DNA from: Candidatus Micrarchaeia archaeon
Lineage (GTDB): Archaea; Micrarchaeota; Micrarchaeia; Micrarchaeales; CABMGC01
NCBI GenBank assembly: GCA_049976845.1
Contig: JBMFHL010000006.1
Span: 1-32,162 of the forward strand
Direction of reading: 5' to 3'
Length of the DNA stretch: 32,162 nt
Shown here piece by piece: positions 24,790-32,162 of this stretch (position 1 is its first letter; every line of letters begins with the position of its first letter). The translations under genes were made by a program, and so were the position numbers. The notes below the pieces were generated by a model, which made no database searches, was not told where the DNA came from, and saw only the letters and a program-made list of their open reading frames with translations.

Positions 24790-26946
24790 ATGTCCAATGG
24801 AATAGAGCTTACAGTCGCCGATGCCTTGGTCACCGATTCTGGCAAAGGCATAGCAAGGATAGACTCCAAGTCTAGGAAGGCACTAGATCTTGTTTCAGGG
24901 GACATAATAGAAATTAAGGGCAAAATAAAATCCACAGCTGCAATAGTATGGCAATCCCATCCAAGCGATGAGGGTTTGGGCTTTGTGAGAATTGACGGAT
25001 ATCTTAGGCAGAATGTTGGCGTGGGCATTGGTGACAAAGTATTTGTTTCAAAGGCAGAGGCAAAGGATGCCGAAAAGGTCATAATTGCGCCTCCTCCAGG
25101 ACAGAGAACTCCTATCTCGCCGGACTTCTCAGAATATGCAAAAAGGAAATGGGAGGGGAAGCCGATGACAAAAGGCGATGTAATTCCAATACCAATGTTT
25201 GGCATAGTCTTCAATTTTCTTGTAGTGCAGGTCATACCTCATGGTGTGGTGAAAATAACAAAGGACACTAATTTTGTGGTAAAAGAAGAACCTGTATCAG
25301 AATCGTTGGTAAAAATAGGTGAAGTGCATTACGAAGACATTGGCGGATTGAAGAATGAGATCCAGAAGATAAGGGAAATGGTAGAATTACCAATACGTTA
25401 CCCAGAGCTATTTGAGAGGCTTGGCATAGAACCACCAAGGGGTGTTCTTCTTTATGGTCCTCCAGGAGTAGGCAAGACACTGCTCGCAAAGGCGGTAGCA
25501 AACGAGAGTGATGCAAATTTTATATCAATATCTGGCCCTGAGCTAGTCAGCAAGTTTGTCGGTGAAAGCGAAGAGAAGTTAAGGATGATATTCAAGGAGG
25601 CAAGTGAGAAGGCGCCTAGCATAATCTTCATGGACGAGATAGACGCGATAGCGCCGAAGCGCGAAGAGGCGACAAATGAGGTTGAAAGGAGGATGGTCTC
25701 GCAGCTTCTTACTTTGATGGATGGCATGTCCAAGAGGGGGCAGGTCATTGTTCTTGCAGCTACAAACAGGCCAGAGGCGATAGATCCGGCGCTTAGAAGG
25801 CCAGGTAGATTTGATAGGGAGATAGAAATAGGCGTGCCTGACAGGAATGCAAGAAAAGAAATACTGCAGATACACACTAGAAACATGCCACTCGCAAAAG
25901 ATGTTAGTATAGACGAATTGGCAAATGTCACACATGGTTATACGGGTGCAGATATAAGTGCTCTCGTTCGCGAGGCGGCAATGTCAACGCTGCGTTCAAT
26001 ACTGCCAAAGATAATGGACAAGCAGCACATACCAAATGACATATTAGCAGAGCTCACAGTCAAGAATGAGCATTTTTCAGATGCCCTTAGGAACATACAG
26101 CCAAGCGCACTCAGAGAAGTTTTTGTTGAGAGGCCAAATGTACACTGGAGTGATATAGGTGGTTTGACAGCAGTAAAGGAAGAGCTAAAGGAAGCAGTTG
26201 AATTGCCATTAAAGAAGCCTGAAGCGTTTGAGAAAATGGGCATAAGACCTGTAAAAGGTGTGTTGTTAGTGGGTCCTCCAGGAGTAGGCAAGACACTGCT
26301 CGCAAAGGCGGTAGCAACAGAAAGGGAATCCAATTTTATATCAATAAAAGGTCCAGAGGTGTTGAGCAAGTTTGTCGGGGAAAGCGAGAAGACGGTAAGG
26401 GAAATTTTCAGGAAGGCAAGGCTTGCTGCTCCATGCATAATATTTATAGACGAGATAGATTCAATAGCACAGATGCGCAATTTAGAAGATATAGATTCTG
26501 GTGTATCCCAGCGCGTTGTTGACACATTGCTTACAGAGATGGATGGCTTGACAATGCTAAAGAATGTTGTTGTTCTTGCAGCTACAAACAGGCCAGAGGC
26601 GATAGATCCGGCGCTGCTTAGACCTGGGAGGTTTGACCGGATAATAGAGATACCAATGCCGGATGCTGAGACAAGGCTTGCAATATTCTCGGTGCACACC
26701 AAAAACATGCCGCTTGACAAAAGTGTTCAGCTAGCTGACCTCGCAAACAGCACAGAAGGCTATACAGGCGCAGAGATAGAAAATGTATGCAGGGAGGCTG
26801 GCATGAATGCAATAAGGTCAAATAGGGAAGTGGTTGTAAAGGAAGATTTTGAAAAGGCATTGAGGGAGGTAAAGCCGGCAATACCAAAGGAGGTAACAGA
26901 AAGGATAAAGAGGTTCAAGGACGAACCAACTAGCATGTACAGATAA
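24790..26946 (+). CDS. cdc48: CDC48/VAT family AAA+ ATPase
   Basis: N domain, two AAA modules (GPPGVGKT, DEID, RPGRFDR), and C-terminal HbYX motif MYR. Confidence 0.97.
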   Translation: MSNGIELTVADALVTDSGKGIARIDSKSRKALDLVSGDIIEIKGKIKSTAAIVWQSHPSDEGLGFVRIDGYLRQNVGVGIGDKVFVSKAEAKDAEKVIIAPPPGQRTPISPDFSEYAKRKWEGKPMTKGDVIPIPMFGIVFNFLVVQVIPHGVVKITKDTNFVVKEEPVSESLVKIGEVHYEDIGGLKNEIQKIREMVELPIRYPELFERLGIEPPRGVLLYGPPGVGKTLLAKAVANESDANFISISGPELVSKFVGESEEKLRMIFKEASEKAPSIIFMDEIDAIAPKREEATNEVERRMVSQLLTLMDGMSKRGQVIVLAATNRPEAIDPALRRPGRFDREIEIGVPDRNARKEILQIHTRNMPLAKDVSIDELANVTHGYTGADISALVREAAMSTLRSILPKIMDKQHIPNDILAELTVKNEHFSDALRNIQPSALREVFVERPNVHWSDIGGLTAVKEELKEAVELPLKKPEAFEKMGIRPVKGVLLVGPPGVGKTLLAKAVATERESNFISIKGPEVLSKFVGESEKTVREIFRKARLAAPCIIFIDEIDSIAQMRNLEDIDSGVSQRVVDTLLTEMDGLTMLKNVVVLAATNRPEAIDPALLRPGRFDRIIEIPMPDAETRLAIFSVHTKNMPLDKSVQLADLANSTEGYTGAEIENVCREAGMNAIRSNREVVVKEDFEKALREVKPAIPKEVTERIKRFKDEPTSMYR

Positions 26947-26979
26947 TTGATTGACGCTAAAAAATAAAATGGTGATTTT

Positions 26980-27369
26980 TTGAAGATTGTTTATTCGGAC
27001 AAGAAAACTGGAAAAACAGCACAAGCCGAGGTGCCGAAAGAAAGGGAAGCACTGCTTATCGGCAAAAAAATGAAGGAGCAGATAGATGGTTCAATAATAG
27101 GCATGGAAGGCTACAAGCTTGAGATAACAGGCCTAAGCGATAAGACTGGCGCCCCTTCCAGATCTGAAATAGAGGGCACAAGGAAAGCATGGCCACTTCT
27201 TAGCTCAGGGCCGGGGATAAGGAAGCCTTCAAAAGGAGAGAGGAGGAAGAGGATAGTTAGAGGCAACACTATAGGTATTGATACCGAGCAGATAAATACA
27301 GTAATAGCAGAATATGGTTCGATGCCTGTTGAAGAGCTCTTCAAGAAGAAGGAGCAGCCGGCGCAATAG
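26980..27369 (+). CDS. rps6e: 30S ribosomal protein S6e
   Basis: GYKLEITGLSDKTGAP, GERRKRIVRGNTI, QIN. TTG start after GGTGA SD. Confidence 0.95.
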   Translation: MKIVYSDKKTGKTAQAEVPKEREALLIGKKMKEQIDGSIIGMEGYKLEITGLSDKTGAPSRSEIEGTRKAWPLLSSGPGIRKPSKGERRKRIVRGNTIGIDTEQINTVIAEYGSMPVEELFKKKEQPAQ

Positions 27370-27401
27370 CAGCGTAGCCGCAGCTATTTGAGGATTTGTT
27401 T

Positions 27402-28634
27402 ATGGACAAGAGCGAAAATGTAAAATTCAGCCAAAGCGAGCTAAACATAGGTACATTGGGCCATGTTGACCATGGCAAAACGACGCTCACAAAGGCAATA
27501 ACGGGCGTATTTACAGACAAGCACAGTGAGAGCATAAAGAGAAGCATGACAATAAAGCTGGGCTATGCAGATGCAATAATAAGAAAATGCGAAAATTGCG
27601 AAGGTCCAGAAGCATACACTACAAGTTTAAAGTGTGAAAATTGCGAAGGCGAAGCCCGCCCTGTAAGGCGTATATCGCTGCTTGATGCGCCAGGGCACGA
27701 AATGCTCATGGCCACTGCCATAGCTGGTTCAAATATAATTGATGCTGTGCTTTTTGTAATAGCTGCAACCGAGCCTTGCCCAATGCCGCAGACGAAGGAG
27801 CATCTAATGGTAATGAGCATACTAAAAATAAAGAAAATCATAATAGTGCAGACTAAAATAGATATTGTGGGGAAGGAAAAGGCCCTTGCACACTACAAGC
27901 AGATAAAGAACTTTGTTAAAGGTACAATAGCAGAGGAGGCTCCTGTGATACCTGTGGTTGCAAGCAAGGGTATAAACGTTGATGTTTTGCTTGAGGCAAT
28001 AAGCAAAATAGAGCCGCCTGAGCGAGATATAAATGGGGAGCCATTGATGTATATTGCAAGGTCTTTTGATGTGAATAAGCCTGGAACTCCAATAGAGAAT
28101 CTTATAGGCGGTGTTATAGGTGGCTCTATAGCAAAGGGCAAGTTCAGGAAAGGCGAGGAGATAGAGATAAGACCAGGATTCGATATCAGTTCTGATAAAA
28201 AGCGCGAAGAGTATAAAACAATAATAACAAGGATAGAGAGCATGTCTACCAGTACAGGCGAAATAGAAGAGGCCATAGCCGGTGGCTTGATAGCAATAAG
28301 CACTGATATGGATCCTGCATTTACGAAGGCGGACAGCTTGGCGGGCTGCGTAGCGGGCCACGTGGGCAAGTTGCCTGACATGGTAAAGGAGTTTACAATG
28401 GAATACCATCCCATAGAAAGGAGCGACATACCTAAGCAGGCCCTCAAAGAAGGCGAGCCGATAATATTAGGGGTAGGTACAGCAACCACTGTCGGCTATA
28501 TAAATCTAGTCAGGAAGAACAAGGTGAAGGTTACGCTCAAGCACCAGGTCTGCACAGATAAAAGCGCGAAGATCTCAGTATTGAGAAATTTTTCACAGCG
28601 CTGGAGACTTACAGGGTATGGAGTCATAAGTTAA
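27402..28634 (+). CDS. eif2g: Translation initiation factor aIF2 gamma subunit
   Basis: GHVDHGKTT, TIKLGYA, zinc knuckle CxxC..CxxC, DAPGHE, PQTKEH, RSFDVNKPG, RWRL.GYG. Confidence 0.97.
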   Translation: MDKSENVKFSQSELNIGTLGHVDHGKTTLTKAITGVFTDKHSESIKRSMTIKLGYADAIIRKCENCEGPEAYTTSLKCENCEGEARPVRRISLLDAPGHEMLMATAIAGSNIIDAVLFVIAATEPCPMPQTKEHLMVMSILKIKKIIIVQTKIDIVGKEKALAHYKQIKNFVKGTIAEEAPVIPVVASKGINVDVLLEAISKIEPPERDINGEPLMYIARSFDVNKPGTPIENLIGGVIGGSIAKGKFRKGEEIEIRPGFDISSDKKREEYKTIITRIESMSTSTGEIEEAIAGGLIAISTDMDPAFTKADSLAGCVAGHVGKLPDMVKEFTMEYHPIERSDIPKQALKEGEPIILGVGTATTVGYINLVRKNKVKVTLKHQVCTDKSAKISVLRNFSQRWRLTGYGVIS

Positions 28635-28712
28635 TATTAAGCAAATCCCTAAACCCTCGATACTTTTTTTCCATCTGCTATGCATTAGGATAAAAATATT
28701 GTTTAGAAAAAG

Positions 28713-28803
28713 TAAGGCCTGCTTGGGGGAAGCAGGCCTTAAGTAGCTCCCGAGAAGTGATTAAATGAGAAAGGCCTGCTTGGGGGAAGCAGGCCTTAGG
28801 TAG
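28713..28803. repeat. Two direct copies of a perfect hairpin AAGGCCTGCTT-GGGGG-AAGCAGGCCTT
   Basis: Identical 28-mers at 28714-28741 and 28771-28798 (33 bp with 1 mismatch), period 57. Confidence 0.95.
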
Positions 28804-29322
28804 TTACTGTGGAGGTGATACAATTAGCGTATTGGTCGTCTTGCCAGCATCAAATTTGTAATAAACTTTGTGGCCCAGCTGGTATCTGTCCAGCAAGCCA
28901 ATCATGTGCAATCTGTTAAGCCTTGCGCACGCTGCATTTCTACCTGTATAATTCATGAAAGTTTTAATATCATCAGCACAGGCAAGGCCTTTCGACTGCA
29001 CATATTCTACAATCTTTACATCAGTCTCGGAAAGCGGAACCTCCTTCCTCGCGTTCTCATGCGGGAATGTGGCTTCTGCAGCGCTTTCCTTATCCTCAAT
29101 CTCATTAAGCCTAGCTGCAAGCTCTCTTATTCTATCAGTTACACTGGCAAGAATCCTATTTGTCTTCTCCCTCTCCTTTATCATATATTTGACCAGTGAA
29201 GGCAAATCCTCCGATTCAGCATATTGGGTATAACCGCTTCCGGTGAGCTTGGCTACTTCCTTCTTTATGCTTTCAAGCTCCTCCTCAATCTCTTTTTTTT
29301 GCACTGTAAGCACGCTCTCCAC
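28804..29322 (-). CDS. Coiled-coil plus C-terminal winged-HTH protein (putative DNA-binding regulator); start uncertain
   Basis: LSETDVKIVEYV...CADDIKTFMNY...AACARLNRLHMIGLLDRYQLGHKVYY fits a wHTH pattern. Confidence 0.75.
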   Translation of the reverse strand: MESVLTVQKKEIEEELESIKKEVAKLTGSGYTQYAESEDLPSLVKYMIKEREKTNRILASVTDRIRELAARLNEIEDKESAAEATFPHENARKEVPLSETDVKIVEYVQSKGLACADDIKTFMNYTGRNAACARLNRLHMIGLLDRYQLGHKVYYKFDAGKTTNTLIVSPPQ

Positions 29323-29510
29323 AAGCTTCTTTCATGAAAGATGCACGAAGCATCTATGAAAGAATCATGATAGAATCACATATACTTCTAATAATAAACA
29401 TATTTAAATATTGCGCTTTCTTGTAGAACTTCCAGTTTATAGTGAGCTGAGGGAAAAGCTTTCAATGCAGATATTTTTATTTGTTCTCAACATAAATAAA
29501 AAGGTGACTT

Positions 29511-30026
29511 GTGATGCAGCAGATTCTAATACCACTAAAGCGTGCAAAGCTCCTTGATAACAAATTAATAAAGGAGCTGGAGGAGAAGCTCAAATGCACC
29601 ATAACTGTAGAAGAGAGTAGTTTGACGATATCTGGCGAACCTTTCGAGGAATACAATGCGCGCAATGTCATAACCGCATTCGGCAGGGGATTCGAGCTGA
29701 AGAATGCATTCAAACTGTTGCTTGAAGACTACTTCTTCAAAACGATAAATCTGAAGGAAATATTCAAGAGCAAGGATAAGATAATAAGCATTAAGGGAAG
29801 AATAATAGGCAAGGAAGGCAAGACAAAAGAATATATAGAATCTGTAAGTGGAGCACTGATTAGCGTCTATGGCGGCACAGTGAGCATAATAGGCACAAAC
29901 AATGAAATAACGATAGCCGAAGCAGCTATAAACACGCTTATAGACGGAGGTACCCACAAGAAAGCGTATAGGGTAATGGAAGCTGCACGCAAAAAAATCA
30001 GGATAAGTGATATACATGGTAGATGA
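29511..30026 (+). CDS. KH-domain rRNA-processing protein (Dim2/Pno1/Krr1 family)
   Basis: AFGRGF, KGRIIGKEGKTK, SVYGGTVSIIG, LIDGGTHKKAY. Usual neighbour of top6B. Confidence 0.92.
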   Translation: MMQQILIPLKRAKLLDNKLIKELEEKLKCTITVEESSLTISGEPFEEYNARNVITAFGRGFELKNAFKLLLEDYFFKTINLKEIFKSKDKIISIKGRIIGKEGKTKEYIESVSGALISVYGGTVSIIGTNNEITIAEAAINTLIDGGTHKKAYRVMEAARKKIRISDIHGR

Positions 30027-31608
30027 AAAATATGTTGCTGCTGAAGAAATCTTTAAGGAGTTCAGGGAGAACTCAATAGCAGAGTTCTTCAGGAAGAACA
30101 GGCAGATGCTCGGCTATGCCGGCAAGGTAAGGTCACTCACTACAGTTGTTCACGAATTCGTTACAAATTCCCTCGATGCGGCTGAGGAATCTGGCATATT
30201 GCCTGAGATATATGTAAAGGTCATCGAGTTGGGGGAAGACAAATATAGTGTATTAGTAGCTGACAATGGTCCAGGCATACCAAAAAATGTAATTGGAAAG
30301 GCGCTTGCCACGATATTGGCAGGTACAAAATTTCATAGATACATGCAGCAAAGGGGCCAGCAGGGCATAGGTGCATCAGGCTGTACCTTATTTGCGCAGG
30401 TAACTACAGGCAAGCCTATACACGCAAAATCAAGTACGGGAAAGGAAGCATATGAATGTGATATCTCCATAGACATAAAGTCAAACAAACCTATAGTAAA
30501 GAATCTTGTCAATTTGGAAAATGTACCAAAGGGGCTTTCTGTATACGGTGAGTTTGCAGATGTCAAATATGAAGACAGCGAACATGGAATATACGAATAC
30601 ATAAAAAGGACAGCGTTGGCAAACCCTCATGCAAGTATAACTCTTGTGATCCCTAGTGGCAAGGAATATGCATTCCCGAGGTCTGTGGATGAGATGCCAA
30701 AAAGGCCTAAAGTAATAAAGCCGCATCCATTGGGATTGGAAGCTGGGGATTTGCTTGAATTTGCTCACATGAGCGAAAGCAGGAGAATCTCCTCTTTCTT
30801 GTTGGAATCATTTTCAAGAGTGACGCCTAACAAAATTGACGAAATAAAAGGAATTGCAAATGTGGACTTGTCAAAAAATCCTAAGGAAATGACATGGGCA
30901 GATGCAGAGGAGCTTGTTAATTCTTTTAAGAAAATAAAGTGGATTGCGCCTGAACTAGATTCTGTTTCTCCTATAGGCCAGAAGCAGCTGGAAGCTGCCA
31001 CAAAGAACATACTGAACCCTGCGTTTATCTCAGTTGTAGAGAGAAAACCCAAGGTGTTCAGCGGCGGAATACCTTTTATTGTTGAGGTGGCTTTGGCATA
31101 CGGCGGCAATGCAGGCAAGCACAGCGAAGAGGAAGTAAGCGGAAACATAATAAGATTTGCAAACAAGGTCCCATTGCTATTTGATAGTGCTACATGCGCA
31201 ATAACCTCTGCGGTAAGAGACGTTGATTGGAAAAGATACAGTATCTCAAAATTTGAAGAAGAGCCAATAAGCGTGCTTGTAAATGTCTCTTCTGTTTTCA
31301 TACCCTACTCTGGCGTAGGCAAGCAGGCAATAGCTCAGGAGGATGAAATAATAGACGAGATAAAGCTTGCCCTCATGGATGCCGGCAGGGTAATTCAGAG
31401 ATATATAAGTGGCATAAGAAGCAGGAATGTGGTGGAGTCAAAATACAAGACTATAATGAGATATATTAGTCAGCTTTCAAACGACCTGAGCGAACTTACA
31501 GGGAAGCAGAAAACAGATATAGAAAGATCGCTGAAGAACCTTATAGATGTAAAGTACAAGAAGCTCTTCAAGGAAGATAATACAGAAGAAGTTGATTCTA
31601 ATAAATAG
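30016..31608 (+). CDS. top6B: DNA topoisomerase VI subunit B
   Basis: SIAEFF.KN.QMLGY, HEFVTNSLDA, DNGPGI, RGQQGIG, KPHPLG, RFANKVPLLFD. Confidence 0.97.
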   Translation: MVDEKYVAAEEIFKEFRENSIAEFFRKNRQMLGYAGKVRSLTTVVHEFVTNSLDAAEESGILPEIYVKVIELGEDKYSVLVADNGPGIPKNVIGKALATILAGTKFHRYMQQRGQQGIGASGCTLFAQVTTGKPIHAKSSTGKEAYECDISIDIKSNKPIVKNLVNLENVPKGLSVYGEFADVKYEDSEHGIYEYIKRTALANPHASITLVIPSGKEYAFPRSVDEMPKRPKVIKPHPLGLEAGDLLEFAHMSESRRISSFLLESFSRVTPNKIDEIKGIANVDLSKNPKEMTWADAEELVNSFKKIKWIAPELDSVSPIGQKQLEAATKNILNPAFISVVERKPKVFSGGIPFIVEVALAYGGNAGKHSEEEVSGNIIRFANKVPLLFDSATCAITSAVRDVDWKRYSISKFEEEPISVLVNVSSVFIPYSGVGKQAIAQEDEIIDEIKLALMDAGRVIQRYISGIRSRNVVESKYKTIMRYISQLSNDLSELTGKQKTDIERSLKNLIDVKYKKLFKEDNTEEVDSNK

Positions 31609-31640
31609 GATAAGCTGCAGGTACTGGCAAAAGTTTTGAA

Positions 31641-32162
31641 TTAGAGTACCAGCTGGTCAAGATGATCAGCGTCTATTATTCTCACATAATCATTTGCGAG
31701 CCCTATCTTGAGTGCCTGGGCCTGCTCGCCATAAGCTTCGTGAAGTTCCTCGACAAACTTCAGCCTGCTCTCTTCGTCCAAGAAAACAACGTATTTCCTA
31801 GTCTCCCCATCTATGAAAAGATTCTTCATCTTCCCTGATGCAGAATAAATCAAAAGATATGTCTGCACGCCGTTTTTAGTGAGTATCATATCCGCGTTCT
31901 CTGCGCCGCCAAGATCAGTGAACAAAATACCTGCGGTGACGCAGTAGTCCCTGAGCTTCCTGAAGGTTGCCAGATAATCTATGCCGTAACCAGATTCTTC
32001 AATCCACTTCTTTGGAGCATAATAGCCACCAGCCTCAAGCAAATCCCCTGAATTGGTAAGTTGCGTAAGTATAGTCCTGACATTCTGCAGTGTTATAGAT
32101 ACAGGCATGTTGTTGTATCTTATATTAGCCCCAACGCCACTTTTTATCTCTTCAGCAGTGAG
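31641..32162 (-). CDS. Hypothetical protein, C-terminal part (frame open to window edge)
   Basis: No stop upstream of 32108 in this frame (…LTAEEIKSGVGANIRYNNMPVS…). Confidence 0.7.
   Translation of the reverse strand, partial: LTAEEIKSGVGANIRYNNMPVSITLQNVRTILTQLTNSGDLLEAGGYYAPKKWIEESGYGIDYLATFRKLRDYCVTAGILFTDLGGAENADMILTKNGVQTYLLIYSASGKMKNLFIDGETRKYVVFLDEESRLKFVEELHEAYGEQAQALKIGLANDYVRIIDADHLDQLVL

Noticed and set aside
24738..28489. Long antisense ORFs (e.g. 25938-26720, 27893-28489) and similar ones elsewhere
   Set aside because: Shadow frames of well-conserved genes on the opposite strand.
28713..28803. CRISPR array
   Set aside because: Only two repeats, a short spacer, a fully palindromic repeat, no CRISPR-like 3' end and no cas genes. 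Kept as an unexplained repeat.
29284..29335. Programmed frameshift at the A8 run joining an upstream ATG (29335) to the wHTH frame
   Set aside because: In-frame GTG starts explain the ORF, and nothing else supports slippage.
28640..29500. Replication origin with ORB elements
   Set aside because: G-strings are present, but there is no paired TCCA..GAAAC ORB consensus and no orc1/cdc6 in the window.

Overview
Archaeal chromosomal window, most likely from a DPANN archaeon such as Micrarchaeota (inferred from gene content and pilin/LamG style, not from a search). Housekeeping genes: K+-independent H+-PPase, archease, CDC48, rpS6e, aIF2-gamma, Dim2/Pno1-like KH protein, topo VI-B and an M50 protease. 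Three tRNAs: Ile-GAT with a 25-nt intron, Cys-GCA and Gln-CTG. The centre (about 5.9-21.5 kb) is a type IV pilus-like surface system. On + is an operon of five class III signal-peptide proteins carrying 7 LamG modules, an Ig-like domain and a PQQ-type beta-propeller, translationally coupled behind a CBS4-HPF ribosome-hibernation-like gene. Converging on it from - is an assembly operon (wHTH/coiled-coil, ATPase, unknown protein, TadB/TadC). The most striking sequence-level signals: (i) divergent LamG cores bracketed by nucleotide-identical 24-30 bp flanks, suggesting cassette exchange; (ii) two exact 46-bp identities between CDC48 D1 and D2; (iii) two MthK-like channel subunits lacking the TVGYG filter, behind a leader with a possible two-state pairing; (iv) a NUDIX-UDG4 fusion without the Fe-S ligand set; (v) a tandem GC-rich hairpin pair next to a wHTH gene.
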